A DNA stretch of 64,000 bases from Planctomycetota bacterium (GTDB taxonomy: Bacteria > Planctomycetota > UBA1135 > JACQFD01): positions 3,920 through 67,919 of the forward strand of contig JBJXHE010000008.1 of the NCBI GenBank assembly GCA_046160785.1, read 5' to 3'. The stretch's first letter is position 1; every line of letters starts with the position of its first letter. The notes beneath the pieces were generated by a model that was given only the letters and a program-made list of their open reading frames with translations, did no database searches and had not been told where the DNA came from. Position numbers and translations under genes: made by a program. Of this stretch, positions 27,738 to 38,047 are shown in pieces.

Positions 27738-30233
27738 TTACCGCTGCTCCGCGATTGCATTTACCTTAGCCATCAAACGCGCTAACTCTGCTTCAACATT
27801 CTCAAGCCGAGTAACACGGGCCTCAAGTTTCGCTACTACTTGCTCGTGCTCTGCCTTCATCTTCTTGACTTCGTTTATTAGCATCGAACTGAGGATATGG
27901 TACTTCACGGTGAAAGGCACACCCTTCTCGTCGTACACCACGAGATCAGGGAAGATCTGGGCTACTTCCTCAGCAATCAGACCATACTCCGGCGGCACAG
28001 GACTTCCGTCGGGCATAGTCTGATCCTGCTTGTACTTGAATAGAACGGGACGCAGATCCAAGAGTCGATCAGTAGAGCTTCCCATGTCGCGGATGTCCTC
28101 TTTGAATCGCCTCGAAGAAGACACTGTCCCAAGCTGGCCAGCACTATCAATCAACACGGGGATTGCATCAGCGTTCACTGTGGTCACTCCGCGGATTCCG
28201 GCAACAAAGGCACGCGTCTGATTTCCGGATGCTCCAATACGAATCGTTGAACTTTCCGCGGCCACGCCAAGATTTCCGATCGAGATATTGTTACCGCCGG
28301 TCGTCAGGTTGAGGCCCGCTTGGAATCCGACGGCGATATTGCCTGTGCCGGTCGAGAAAAAAAGCGCGCTCGTGCCAATGGCCGTATTGGAGGCTCCTGT
28401 GATATTGAAACCAAGCGCGGCGGAACCGATCGCCGTGTTAGCGTTACCGGTGGAGTTCGAGCCGAGCGCACTATTCCCGAGGACGGTATTGGAGTTACCT
28501 GTGGTGTTGGCAAGAAGCGCAAACGCACCGGTGGCCGTGTTGGAGAAACCTGTAGTGTTATTGCGAAGCGCGTCTTTACCGATGGCTGTGTTCTCGAAAC
28601 CTGTTGTGTTGAAACGAAGCGAGTCTCGACCGCTCGCCGTATTGTTGGAACCTGTGGTGTTGGAAAAAAGCGCGCTTTTACCGACGGCCGTGTTGGAGTT
28701 ACCTGTGGTGTTGGAAGAAAGCGCGCTTCTACCGATGGCCGTGTTATCGAAACCTGTAGTGTTGGAAAAAAGCGCTGACGAACCGCTGGCCGTGTTGTCG
28801 TTACCTGTGTTGTTGGCACTAAGCGCGTTACTACCGATGGCCGTGTTGAAGTTACCTGTGGTGTTGGAAATAAGCACGCTACTACCGATGGCCGTGTTGT
28901 TGAAACCTGTTGTGTTGGAACCAAGCGTGAAACCACCGATGGCCGTGTTGAAGTCACCTGTGGTGTTGGGAAAAAGCGCATTCGTACCGTGGGCCGTGTT
29001 GTTGGTACCTGTGGTGACATTTGAAAGAGCAAACAACCCTAGTGCGGTGTTGTTACCGCCGCCCTTACTATGCAGGAACAGTGTACCGCCTTTATAAACG
29101 CTTCCCGTGCTCAGGTTCAGTGCAAGGTCGCTCGCGGGGTTCAGTGTCAAAGTATTAGTAAACCTCCCCGTTCCGTTGACCTCCAGGGCCGAGGTTGGCG
29201 TCGTGGTGCCGATGCCGACATTTCCAGCGGTGTAGACCGCGTTTGAGCCGTTCAATGTGAACGGAGACGCCCCTTGCGGACCCGTCGCACCAGTAGGTCC
29301 GATCGGGCCCTGTGGTCCTGTCGGTCCAACGGGGCCAGCGGGACCTGTCGCGCCTGTATTCCCGACGGGGCCCTGTGGTCCAGTAAGTCCGTTGGGACCC
29401 TGTGGTCCAGTAGGACCTGTTGCGCCCGTATTCCCGATCGGGCCCTGTGGACCTGTCGGTCCAGCCGGTCCGGTAAGACCGGTCGCGCCTGTATTTCCAA
29501 TGGGACCCTGTGGTCCAGTTAGTCCGATGGGACCCTGTGGGCCAGTAGGGCCTGTTGCGCCGGTATTCCCGGTCGGACCCTGTGGTCCGGCAAGTCCGAC
29601 GGGGCCTTGTGGGCCAACAGGACCTGTTGCGCCGGTGTTGCCGATCGGGCCCTGTGGACCCGCAGGTCCAGTGGCACCCGCGGTCAAGACGGGCTTCACC
29701 GACATTCGGAGAGCCGGCTCATGTGCTGTCTTCGAGTTCTCCTTGCTGTCAAAGGAAACGGCTAGACTCGACCCGGCAGAAGGTGTGAGCACGACACCGA
29801 AGTTCGTCTGAGGTTGGTCTACCCAGTCGCGCACTAGATTGGTGATATCAATACTTACAAACTCCAAATTGTCGTTTAGGCCGATTGCAACATTACTCGC
29901 GACTGCTGCGCCCAGCGACGGCACGTTCCCAGAATTCAATGCAAATTCTTCCCAAGTGGCAGTCACCGGAAGTACGTCGAGCGAACCTACAGTGGAAACT
30001 TTATTAACAAAGAGTTGGAGCCGCGCTACTTCAATCTGCGCCCCAGTGGTTCCCGGCGGCAGGCCTGAAAGGTCGAATTGTAAAAACGCCTGGCTGCCGG
30101 CTCCCTTGAGTAGGAGACTCGCGCTCTTTCCATTATTTTTAGTAGAAGGCTTTGCGGTGAGATGGGTATCCGCGGTAAGCGTGGCGTCGCCGCCGAAAAG
30201 AAGTGTCGCAATTGCAAAGATAGGGGTCAGCAT
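27738..30233 (-). CDS. Trimeric fibre-like protein: DNRLRE-like domain + collagen helix + 17-aa beta-roll repeats + S74 chaperone domain
   Basis: [17 protein letters not shown], 46 uninterrupted Gly-X-Y triplets, about 15 NTAIGxxALxxNTTGxx repeats, [16 protein letters not shown] and a terminal coiled coil. Confidence 0.88.
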   Translation of the reverse strand: MLTPIFAIATLLFGGDATLTADTHLTAKPSTKNNGKSASLLLKGAGSQAFLQFDLSGLPPGTTGAQIEVARLQLFVNKVSTVGSLDVLPVTATWEEFALNSGNVPSLGAAVASNVAIGLNDNLEFVSIDITNLVRDWVDQPQTNFGVVLTPSAGSSLAVSFDSKENSKTAHEPALRMSVKPVLTAGATGPAGPQGPIGNTGATGPVGPQGPVGLAGPQGPTGNTGATGPTGPQGPIGLTGPQGPIGNTGATGLTGPAGPTGPQGPIGNTGATGPTGPQGPNGLTGPQGPVGNTGATGPAGPVGPTGPQGPIGPTGATGPQGASPFTLNGSNAVYTAGNVGIGTTTPTSALEVNGTGRFTNTLTLNPASDLALNLSTGSVYKGGTLFLHSKGGGNNTALGLFALSNVTTGTNNTAHGTNALFPNTTGDFNTAIGGFTLGSNTTGFNNTAIGSSVLISNTTGNFNTAIGSNALSANNTGNDNTASGSSALFSNTTGFDNTAIGRSALSSNTTGNSNTAVGKSALFSNTTGSNNTASGRDSLRFNTTGFENTAIGKDALRNNTTGFSNTATGAFALLANTTGNSNTVLGNSALGSNSTGNANTAIGSAALGFNITGASNTAIGTSALFFSTGTGNIAVGFQAGLNLTTGGNNISIGNLGVAAESSTIRIGASGNQTRAFVAGIRGVTTVNADAIPVLIDSAGQLGTVSSSRRFKEDIRDMGSSTDRLLDLRPVLFKYKQDQTMPDGSPVPPEYGLIAEEVAQIFPDLVVYDEKGVPFTVKYHILSSMLINEVKKMKAEHEQVVAKLEARVTRLENVEAELARLMAKVNAIAEQR
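28275..29051 (-). repeat. 51-bp (17-aa) tandem coding repeat, about 15 copies
   Basis: Recurring gttacctgtggtgttgg and accgatggccgtgtt on the + strand. Confidence 0.9.
29265..29678 (-). repeat. Collagen Gly-X-Y coding repeat (46 triplets)
   Basis: Units such as GAT[12 protein letters not shown]. Confidence 0.95.
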
Positions 30234-30330
30234 CGTGCGAATTTAGGAAAGAAGTGCGTTGGGGAAGACCAAAGCCGAAAGGCAAAGGCACCTAAAACCT
30301 ACCTTGAAGGCTAGGAACGAGCTAGCTGGC

Positions 30331-31746
30331 TTAAATGAGAGAGCGCCCGGCTCGGAGCCTTGCTAACGATTCTTCGCGTCCGAGGATTTCCATGACTTCA
30401 AATATCGGCGGCGAGACGGTGCCGCCGCTGATCGAAACGCGGCACGCCTGCGCCAATGTTACCATCTTAATATTATATTTAACGAGCAGCGTGTCGAAGA
30501 TCGGTTTGATTCCGTCGTGATTGAACGGCTCTGCCGATGCTAATTGTAGAATGAGATCATCGAGAACGGGCGCGATCTCTTTTGTTAAAAACTTTGCGAC
30601 GCCCGCTTGTTCATAAACGGGCGATACAAACAAAAACTTCGCGGCGTCTTCGAGTTCGCGAAGCGTGCGCGCGCGCTCGCGAAACAAGACTGCGATTTTT
30701 TCTAAGCGTTCGCGCGAGCCCGCATCAAATCCGCGTGCGCGAAATCCGGGTTCGACGAGGTCGGCCATTTGCGAGGGCGTCCGTTTCTTTAAATGTTCGG
30801 CGTTCACCCAGCGGAGTTTTTCAGGATTAAAAACACCGGCGGTGTGGCCGCAAGCGGACCAATCGAATTTTTGTATCAATTCGTCAACCGTAAACACTTC
30901 CTGGTCGCCGCTGCTCCAGCCGAGCCGCACAAGATAATTTAATAATGCTTCGGGCAAGTAGCCTTCGTCGCGGTATTGTAGTACCGACACGGCGCCGTGG
31001 CGTTTGCTAAGTCTGGTTTTGTCGGCGCCGAGAATCATCGGCAGATGTGCGAACTGCGGCACGGGATAGCCGAGCGCTTGATACATTAACACCTGCCGCG
31101 GAGTATTAATAACGTGGTCGTCGCCGCGCGCGACAAGTGTAATATTCATCGTCACGTCGTCGACGACTGCGCCGAAATTGTAAAGAGGGATTCCGTCGCT
31201 TCGTAAGATGATTTCATCCTGAATCTCTTCGGCGCGCACGGAAATCTTGCCTTTTATCAAATCTTCGAATCCTACAGATCCCTGCGTGGGCATGACGAAG
31301 CGCACCGCGTGCGGCGTCGACAGCGGAATATCTTTACGATTCCGGCATGTGCCCGGGTAGCGAAACGGTTTTTTCTTAGCTTCCGCTTCCTTGCGCGCGG
31401 CGTCGAGAACCTCTTTGCTGCAAATGCAACGATAGGCTTTTCCTTCTAATATTAGTTTTTCCGCAAACTCGCGGTAGAGACCGAGGCGTTCCGTTTGCCG
31501 GTAGGGGCCGTGCGGCCCGCCCACTTCGGGCCCCTCGTCCCATTCGAGGCCGAGCCAGTGCATCGCATCTAATATCACTTGATAACTTTCTTCGGTGCTG
31601 CGCCCCTGATCTGTATCTTCGATTCGTAATAAAAACTTTCCGCCGGTCCGGCGCGCGAAAAGCCAATTAAACAATGCGGTTCGCGCTCCTCCGATATGTA
31701 AATATCCCGTCGGCGAAGGAGCGAAACGTACGCGTGGTGCAGTCAT
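30331..31746 (-). CDS. gltX: Glutamate--tRNA ligase
   Basis: RFAPSPTGYLHIGG (HIGH motif), LRIEDTD, RGDDH, RLSKR (KMSKS motif). Confidence 0.97.
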   Translation of the reverse strand: MTAPRVRFAPSPTGYLHIGGARTALFNWLFARRTGGKFLLRIEDTDQGRSTEESYQVILDAMHWLGLEWDEGPEVGGPHGPYRQTERLGLYREFAEKLILEGKAYRCICSKEVLDAARKEAEAKKKPFRYPGTCRNRKDIPLSTPHAVRFVMPTQGSVGFEDLIKGKISVRAEEIQDEIILRSDGIPLYNFGAVVDDVTMNITLVARGDDHVINTPRQVLMYQALGYPVPQFAHLPMILGADKTRLSKRHGAVSVLQYRDEGYLPEALLNYLVRLGWSSGDQEVFTVDELIQKFDWSACGHTAGVFNPEKLRWVNAEHLKKRTPSQMADLVEPGFRARGFDAGSRERLEKIAVLFRERARTLRELEDAAKFLFVSPVYEQAGVAKFLTKEIAPVLDDLILQLASAEPFNHDGIKPIFDTLLVKYNIKMVTLAQACRVSISGGTVSPPIFEVMEILGREESLARLRAGRSLI

Positions 31747-31781
31747 TCTTTTTTATAATAATTAAAGGAAAATAATAATAT

Positions 31782-34736
31782 TTAGGAAATAATGATTTTT
31801 ACCGAATTGCCGAGCTGAGGAAGGCCGCCTGGCACCTGTTCGTAACCGACAACGTGCAATTCGAAACCTATCAAAACGGGATCGTACGGAAGAACCACGG
31901 GGAGAGAGTGCTGTCCATTCGTGTCGAGCGTGCCGTTGTAAAAGAAAATCGCGTCGGCTCCGACTTCCGCGACGCCAAATCCTTCGACGGCGATCGGGCC
32001 TGCGTTTCCGGATATGTAGATTTCAAAATACGCGCCAGGGTCGCCAGTTGATATAAATGACAATTCAGAGCCGATCAGCGGAAATTGATTATTCACAGAA
32101 AGTGTAAAATTGCCGGCCGGCGTCGGCGTGATTGAATACACTTCGACGTCGTCAATATTCCACCCGCCGAATTCGAGCCCGCCGTCGGTCGCGAGTTCAA
32201 AACGGAATTGTACATTAGCGATTCCGCCGGCTCCCGCCGCGGGAAGATCCTGAAGCGTCCACGACGTATCTATCAATTCCGGCTGCCACGGATTTGTATA
32301 TAATGTTCCCGACGCGCCGCCTTTCAACGAAACCGTCGAAAAATCGTACTGGCTTCCTTCGACGGAAAGCCAGCGTCGAAAACGCAATCGAGCATTACTA
32401 ATATTTGAAAGGTCGAGCGGCGGCGAATCTAAATAAATATCCGAGTCGGGCTCGTACAACCCGTCGGTCGACGAAACGCTCAGATCCGTTCCCGCGATCT
32501 TGCTGCCGGAGTACGCGGCGGACGGATCGAGCATGGAATTTGCAACATTACTATTCGACGGGTCGGCGATCTGCCACTGATCGGATCCTAACAATGCGCC
32601 GTGCGTCCATCCGGGCGCGCCCGATTCGAAGTCTTCAAATAAAATTGTTGTTTTCGCGCCGACCGCGAACCGGTACGCATCGTCGCCGGCAGGAGAATCA
32701 ATTGTGCCTCCGGCAGTATTTGTAGCAATAATTCCGTAGTGAATCACGGCCGGCGCGGCGTGCGCCGGAATCTCTGTTTTGTAGCGTCCGGCCACGGCCG
32801 TCGGCGACGCGAATAGTGTATTCCAGCTCGCGAGGTCGTTATCTGAATATAAAACTTTAACGGTTGAAACGGCGAATCCCGGTTCCGTTATCATATCAAT
32901 AATAATGGGATAGTCGCGCGTCTGGCCAGCCGTGTCGGGGTGCGGTATATGTAATATCGATAGCCCCGTCGGGGCCGGCGGCGTGAATCCTTTCATGAGC
33001 GCGGCGGCTGAAAGTTCATTAAAGTGCGGCGTTCCATTGGTTAGATTCCCGTCGTCGTCATCTAATAAAAACGACTGCTGGACGGCCATCGGAATGGAGA
33101 ACGGATTCGCCGGAAGAACGTTAAGAATTAAGTTCTCCGCAACTGTAGCACCCGCTGTTTCACCGAGCGATTGTATTAATAACTTGCGCGCCTGCCATCC
33201 GAAACCCATGTACGTTTCGCCGACGCAATGCGGCTCGAAGAAACAACCGGCCGCGGGCCATGTTACAGAATTCTCACCCGTCCGAATGCTAGTACCAGGG
33301 CCGCCAAAATCCTGTCCGACAATCGCTTGTTTTGTATGAAACATGGCAACGACGTCGGCGATGCCTTCGCTGTACGACGGCGAAAGAATATTACCAAAAA
33401 AAGCGTCGACGCCGTGCCCGACTTCGTGATCGATCACCGTTCCGTAGGCCGTATTGACACAGCCGCCGCCGGACTGGAAAAAATTGATAGAACCGTCGGA
33501 AGTATCAAAATACGCGTTGCACGCCGCCGCAATATTAACAACCACTTTTTGTTGCGGAAACGCAGCCGCGTAAGCGGGAAGAATGGATATAATATAATCG
33601 CGAACCCTCGAATGCAAAACCGCCGCCGTCACCTGCGCGAGGTTTCCTTCTGTAATATTAGGATTTGCGTCGAGGTCTGCGAGAAAGCCGCCCTGCCCGT
33701 CGGCGGCGCCTGCAATCGTTACGGAAATATTATTGCCATTCGCATCGAGGATTTGATAGCTCGGACCCGAAAGCGCGAGCGTCGCAGAAAACGGCGCCGC
33801 GCCGCCGGGATCAACGCTATAATTACCGTTCGCATCGGTGACGACGGACGCCTGCTGGCCCGTCTGCGATGTAACAGTTACAGTCGCGCCCGGGATAGGA
33901 GCGACGGCCGCGCCGCTCACCGGCGACAATCCTAAATAAGCGGAGCCTGTAACAGTTCCGTGCGTTTGCCCGGTGTTGTGAATCAGCGAACGCACTTCAA
34001 GAATATTACCATTTTCCGCGTCGACGAGAACGCGCTCGGCAACGCGCATCGACGGCTGTTTAACCGTTATAACAAATACGAGGCGCGGCTCGACCTCGCC
34101 GTTTTTCCGCACCGGAAAAATAGCAAGATCCGTTACATCAATACTATCGACGGGTGAAAGACGCTTGCCGTTTCTTACAATTGCAATAGTCTGATCGGCC
34201 GTGAGCGATTGGATATCGCGAATATTGCTAGCAATAGGAATCGCCGACGTTCCGATGAGCGCGATCCGCCCCGCGCGGTGGATTTGTATATCAACGCGTC
34301 CGCCGAGCACTTCGAGTCCGTCGAAGTATTGTTGCCATGTAAATATAAATAACGGCCCAGCTGCGGTTTCATTTGTTAGTTTTAAGTCTGTGACCGGCGC
34401 TCCCCAAAAGTAAGATTCCGAATTGAGGAATTCCCCGGCGAAACGTTTCGCTTCGGAAATTGTAGCAATGGAGCGCGGAGAAATAATAATTCCGGTTCCG
34501 ACGACGGACACGGGAGCATGGCTATGTTCATCAAATTTCGGAAGCCATGAGCCCGAATGCCGGCGCGTGAATTCAACAAATCGCGGTTCGTTCTCGGCGA
34601 GAAAGCGCTGAATTGAAGTATTCGATGTGGGGGGATCGACGGGGCGCGGTCCCGCGGTCGACTGTCCGAAAGAGGCTGGGGCGCCAGCGAATGCTAAGAT
34701 TGAGAGAGTGGAGAATAGGGCGGCAAATGCATTCAT
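31782..34736 (-). CDS. Secreted M4/M36-like zinc metallopeptidase with propeptide and C-terminal beta-domains
   Basis: FTP/PepSY-like propeptide (WQQY..G, LVDAENGNIL), CNAYF, HEVGH..SEGIAD gluzincin motif, EPH. Confidence 0.85.
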   Translation of the reverse strand: MNAFAALFSTLSILAFAGAPASFGQSTAGPRPVDPPTSNTSIQRFLAENEPRFVEFTRRHSGSWLPKFDEHSHAPVSVVGTGIIISPRSIATISEAKRFAGEFLNSESYFWGAPVTDLKLTNETAAGPLFIFTWQQYFDGLEVLGGRVDIQIHRAGRIALIGTSAIPIASNIRDIQSLTADQTIAIVRNGKRLSPVDSIDVTDLAIFPVRKNGEVEPRLVFVITVKQPSMRVAERVLVDAENGNILEVRSLIHNTGQTHGTVTGSAYLGLSPVSGAAVAPIPGATVTVTSQTGQQASVVTDANGNYSVDPGGAAPFSATLALSGPSYQILDANGNNISVTIAGAADGQGGFLADLDANPNITEGNLAQVTAAVLHSRVRDYIISILPAYAAAFPQQKVVVNIAAACNAYFDTSDGSINFFQSGGGCVNTAYGTVIDHEVGHGVDAFFGNILSPSYSEGIADVVAMFHTKQAIVGQDFGGPGTSIRTGENSVTWPAAGCFFEPHCVGETYMGFGWQARKLLIQSLGETAGATVAENLILNVLPANPFSIPMAVQQSFLLDDDDGNLTNGTPHFNELSAAALMKGFTPPAPTGLSILHIPHPDTAGQTRDYPIIIDMITEPGFAVSTVKVLYSDNDLASWNTLFASPTAVAGRYKTEIPAHAAPAVIHYGIIATNTAGGTIDSPAGDDAYRFAVGAKTTILFEDFESGAPGWTHGALLGSDQWQIADPSNSNVANSMLDPSAAYSGSKIAGTDLSVSSTDGLYEPDSDIYLDSPPLDLSNISNARLRFRRWLSVEGSQYDFSTVSLKGGASGTLYTNPWQPELIDTSWTLQDLPAAGAGGIANVQFRFELATDGGLEFGGWNIDDVEVYSITPTPAGNFTLSVNNQFPLIGSELSFISTGDPGAYFEIYISGNAGPIAVEGFGVAEVGADAIFFYNGTLDTNGQHSLPVVLPYDPVLIGFELHVVGYEQVPGGLPQLGNSVKIIIS

Positions 34737-34872
34737 GGTTGGTGTGGGTCACCCGCGCTCGCGTGGGATTTCCGTTCAAAGTCAATACGAGAATGATGCG
34801 ATCGTACATTAACTTTGCGCGCGCGGTGGCGACGAAAGCGGATTTTGAGCTACACTTCACCCTCTCACCACC

Positions 34873-35910
34873 GTGAACGCAACGACTGCAATACCCGCTG
34901 CCGCCGCCGAACCTGCGAGCGCTTATAACAATTCCGCGCCGCCGGTTTCGAAGCAGCGCTACTACGTTCATCAAACGCAGGAACTGCGGTTTGCGCTTCA
35001 CGACAGCGTGCCGCCCGATCCTCTTTTGAAGTTGCATCAGAAAAGTGCCGCCCGCCATTTCTTAGTATACGCGTGGCAGCTTTTCTTAACAATCGCGTCG
35101 ACTGTTGTATTAATTAATTTCGACCAGCCCTGGATTTGGATTCCCGTGGCGTTCGTGCAAGGGTTCACCGTTTTTAATTATACGGTTTTGTTGCATGAGG
35201 TCGTTCACAGCGGAGTGTTTAAACATCAACGCCCCGGCTGGATGCGGTTTCTAGGTTTATTGTATGCAATTCCGAGCGGAATCTCGGCGACGCAGTTCAC
35301 GCGCTGGCATCTCGATCATCATAATGAACTCGGTTCAGCTACAGATGATCCGAAGCGATTTCACCTTTCGCCGAAGAGGCAGGAGCGCTGGTACAAATTG
35401 TTATATTTTACGCCCGCGCTTTTTCCGATTTATTTCCGCGCGGCGAAGCGCGAAACCGCGACGTATCCGCAGGAATTGCGCGATCGTATTCGATGGGAAC
35501 GCATGGCGGCGATGGCGTTTCACCTAAGTATTGCCATTGGATTATTAGTGATCGATTGGCGCATGGCGATGCGCGTCCACATCGTTCCCGTATTCTTTAT
35601 ATTTCCGATCGCGTTCGCGATGAACCGCCTCGGGCAGCACTATTTTATTAATCCCAAGGATCCCGCGCAGTGGTCGACGCTCGTAAAAGCGAATCCGTTC
35701 TGGCGCGTCGCATTCTTGAATTCGAGCTACCACCTCGAACATCATTATTATCCGGGCATTCCGCTCTATAATTTACATCAATCGCATTTGTTGCTTCGCG
35801 AATTTTACAAAAAGCGCGGGATGCAGGCGGTTGGTTATTCGCAGCTTCTGTGGGGCTGGATTGTTAAAAACGGAAAACCGCATACGAACTGGCGCGAACA
35901 ACAGAATTAA
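34873..35910 (+). CDS. Membrane fatty-acid desaturase-family protein
   Basis: His boxes HEVVH, HLDHH and HLEHH, plus TM segments. Confidence 0.88.
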   Translation: MNATTAIPAAAAEPASAYNNSAPPVSKQRYYVHQTQELRFALHDSVPPDPLLKLHQKSAARHFLVYAWQLFLTIASTVVLINFDQPWIWIPVAFVQGFTVFNYTVLLHEVVHSGVFKHQRPGWMRFLGLLYAIPSGISATQFTRWHLDHHNELGSATDDPKRFHLSPKRQERWYKLLYFTPALFPIYFRAAKRETATYPQELRDRIRWERMAAMAFHLSIAIGLLVIDWRMAMRVHIVPVFFIFPIAFAMNRLGQHYFINPKDPAQWSTLVKANPFWRVAFLNSSYHLEHHYYPGIPLYNLHQSHLLLREFYKKRGMQAVGYSQLLWGWIVKNGKPHTNWREQQN

Positions 35911-35941
35911 TTAAGTATCATTAATTAAGCAAAAATATTAA

Positions 35942-36508
35942 CTATTCGAGCCTCTTTACAATTCGCCAGCCTTCGGGGCTTTTGGCAGGATCATAGGGAA
36001 TCAGTTTTACTTCGCCGGTTTTTAACAAGAACGCAGCTTCGCCGAGCGCGGGCGCAAGCGACGAGCGCTGAACGTCGGTGGGCAGTTTGCGTCCGGTGCC
36101 TTGGAAGATTGCTAACATTCCCGTGCCGGGCGCGTCCGATTGTTTACGAAGCGTTGCAAACGTGTCCTTCGGCGCCCCCGGCGCGTTGATTTTTTGATAT
36201 ATTTCTTTTGCTAACGATTCCGCCTCTTCCTTCGAGCGCGCGGCTTTCGGATTGACGTCTTTAAATGCAATAATAATTTCCGTCGCGACCACGCGATTTA
36301 CGGTTGAACCCGCACCTGCCGGTTTTCCGGGAAAACCGGGCGTTTTGATAGGTTTGGGTGCGCCGGCGGAAGGTCCCCCGGGGGGCGCGCCCGCGGCTTG
36401 TTTTGTCGGGTATAGCGTCGCGGTGTCCTGCCAGCATCCTGCGAGCGAAAACGCGGAGATGATTAGTAATGAAGTAAACAATAGCGAGGGTCTGCGAATC
36501 GTGTTCAT
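35942..36508 (-). CDS. Parvulin-type peptidyl-prolyl isomerase-like lipoprotein
   Basis: Lipobox SLAGC; RSKEEAESLA, SD, AF.LK.GEV, SPEGWRIVKR (conserved His residues degenerate). Confidence 0.75.
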   Translation of the reverse strand: MNTIRRPSLLFTSLLIISAFSLAGCWQDTATLYPTKQAAGAPPGGPSAGAPKPIKTPGFPGKPAGAGSTVNRVVATEIIIAFKDVNPKAARSKEEAESLAKEIYQKINAPGAPKDTFATLRKQSDAPGTGMLAIFQGTGRKLPTDVQRSSLAPALGEAAFLLKTGEVKLIPYDPAKSPEGWRIVKRLE

Positions 36509-36630
36509 GTGCGGGGGCTCCGGACTCAGGATACAGCCGCGATTCTTTTTCTCCTCCTTTTCAATAACTACTTTTCAGCGAAACGCGGGTCGAAACCGAT
36601 AGAAACGCCAACCAACACGCGAGGTCACCC

Positions 36631-37737
36631 TTGGCAAGCAACTGGATTCGCAAACTCTTTAGAAACGACGAAAACAATTCCGACGCGGCGGCGATTTCAA
36701 CAAATCCCAAAGGAACAAATGAAATAACGCCGAATGAATTCTCAACTTCGACGACGACCGTCGAGGAGGAAGGGGACATGCCGACAAGTACACAACAAAA
36801 AGGATGGTGGGATGCGCTCGACCAAATGGTTGAACTAGCGAATCGCGCCGTAGTTGTAGCAACGCCCGCGGAAGCGGCGATGGTCGAGAGAATTAACAAC
36901 CGTATGAAGGCGGGAAATTATCAATTACCCGTGCTCCCGGCGACGTTAATAAAAGTGGTTGAACACGCAAACCGCCCTGAGCCTGATTTTAAGGCGATTG
37001 CGGATTGTATACGAACCGACGCCGTCGTCGCGGGCGAAGTGATGTCATTAGTAAACTCCGCCGCGTACGCGGCCGCGTCGCCAATTCGCGATTTGCAGCG
37101 AGCGATTATTCACGTTGGTTCGAAACGGATTCGCAGTCTTGCACTCGCCGTGGCCGCGCGACTCACTGTTTACAGAAACGCCGACCAGCAGCGCGCTGAA
37201 AAGTTATGGATACATTCGCTCGGCGCCGCGGTGCTCTCGCGCGCGATTGCTCGCGCGGCGTCCACCGAACCCGAGGAGGCATTTCTCGCGGGCCTCATGC
37301 ACGACGTCGGTAAATGTGTAGTTTTGGGATTATTAACCGAAGAGGAGCGCGCGAATCCTAACATTCGCATCTCCGACGAGTTGATAGAACAATTGTGCCG
37401 CGAGTGCCACACCGGAACCGGCGCCGCGATTGCTAAAGATTGGAATCTGCAGCCGCAATTAATTGAAGCAATCGAACATCACCACGGGCTGCGCGCTTCT
37501 TCCAAGCCGCTTGTGGCGATTACGGCACTCTCTAATGATATTTGTGGATTATTAGGAATCGGCGTTCCGCAGCGGAAAGTTAGTCTTGGCCGCCATGCGG
37601 CGTTCCCGATTCTCGGTCTCAACGCCGAGAAGTCGAATCGCTTGTTACAACTTCTTCCTGCAGTTTTAAGTGAGGCGCCAGAATTCAAAGGCGTGGTAAA
37701 GTTAAGTGCAGTAAAAGGCGATGCCGGCGCCCCGTAG
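36631..37737 (+). CDS. Stand-alone HDOD-domain signalling protein
   Basis: LPVLP, VNSAAY, LWIHS, AFLAGLMHDVGK, W.L...IEHHH; RBS GAGGT before TTG. Confidence 0.9.
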   Translation: MASNWIRKLFRNDENNSDAAAISTNPKGTNEITPNEFSTSTTTVEEEGDMPTSTQQKGWWDALDQMVELANRAVVVATPAEAAMVERINNRMKAGNYQLPVLPATLIKVVEHANRPEPDFKAIADCIRTDAVVAGEVMSLVNSAAYAAASPIRDLQRAIIHVGSKRIRSLALAVAARLTVYRNADQQRAEKLWIHSLGAAVLSRAIARAASTEPEEAFLAGLMHDVGKCVVLGLLTEEERANPNIRISDELIEQLCRECHTGTGAAIAKDWNLQPQLIEAIEHHHGLRASSKPLVAITALSNDICGLLGIGVPQRKVSLGRHAAFPILGLNAEKSNRLLQLLPAVLSEAPEFKGVVKLSAVKGDAGAP

Positions 37738-38047
37738 TTCAGGTCGGCCCGTACTCCGGTTCAAGGATGTTGGGTTCGATCTTGACGTAGGGACGTCGGC
37801 ATCGTTGCCTGTCTGTCGACTCGCGCGCACCCCGCAACGCGTGACGAACTTGCTAAGAATCAGACGCGGGACGTGCGCTCGGGACCCCCGTCACTCGAGC
37901 ACCCACCCCGATCCGCGATGATCCATCGCAAGGGCGTAGCAAACAGGCTCAGCAGGTTTGAGATGCGAATGTTAGTACCGAAGCACTGATCGCGTCTGTC
38001 ACCGTCACGCCACCGGGAAATACGCTCCACACTGAAAGTGGCAACAG
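37717..38047. ncRNA. Candidate large structured non-coding RNA (family not recognised, strand unresolved)
   Basis: Nested helices 37804-09/38040-45, 37839-46/38003-10 and 37861-68/37991-98 close a four-hairpin multiloop; separate long hairpin at 37717-37806; no credible ORF. Confidence 0.55.

Noticed and set aside
28275-29051. Regularly spaced repeats resembling a CRISPR array
   Set aside because: In-frame 51-bp coding repeats with synonymous variation, no unique spacers and no cas genes.
28288-29811. Long repetitive ORFs 28288-29097 (+), 28304-29032 (-), 28320-28778 (+) and the collagen-like 29257-29811 (+)
   Set aside because: Shadow frames of the fibre gene repeats; GGN-CCN codons also read as Gly/Pro on the antisense strand.
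27738-30233. Prophage suggested by the S74 tail-fibre domain
   Set aside because: No integrase, capsid, terminase or tail genes nearby, and the protein has a signal-like N-terminus.
37735-37785. Stop-codon recoding of the HDOD TAG by the overlapping hairpin
   Set aside because: Readthrough would add only about 15 residues before a TGA, and no pyl or sel genes are in view.
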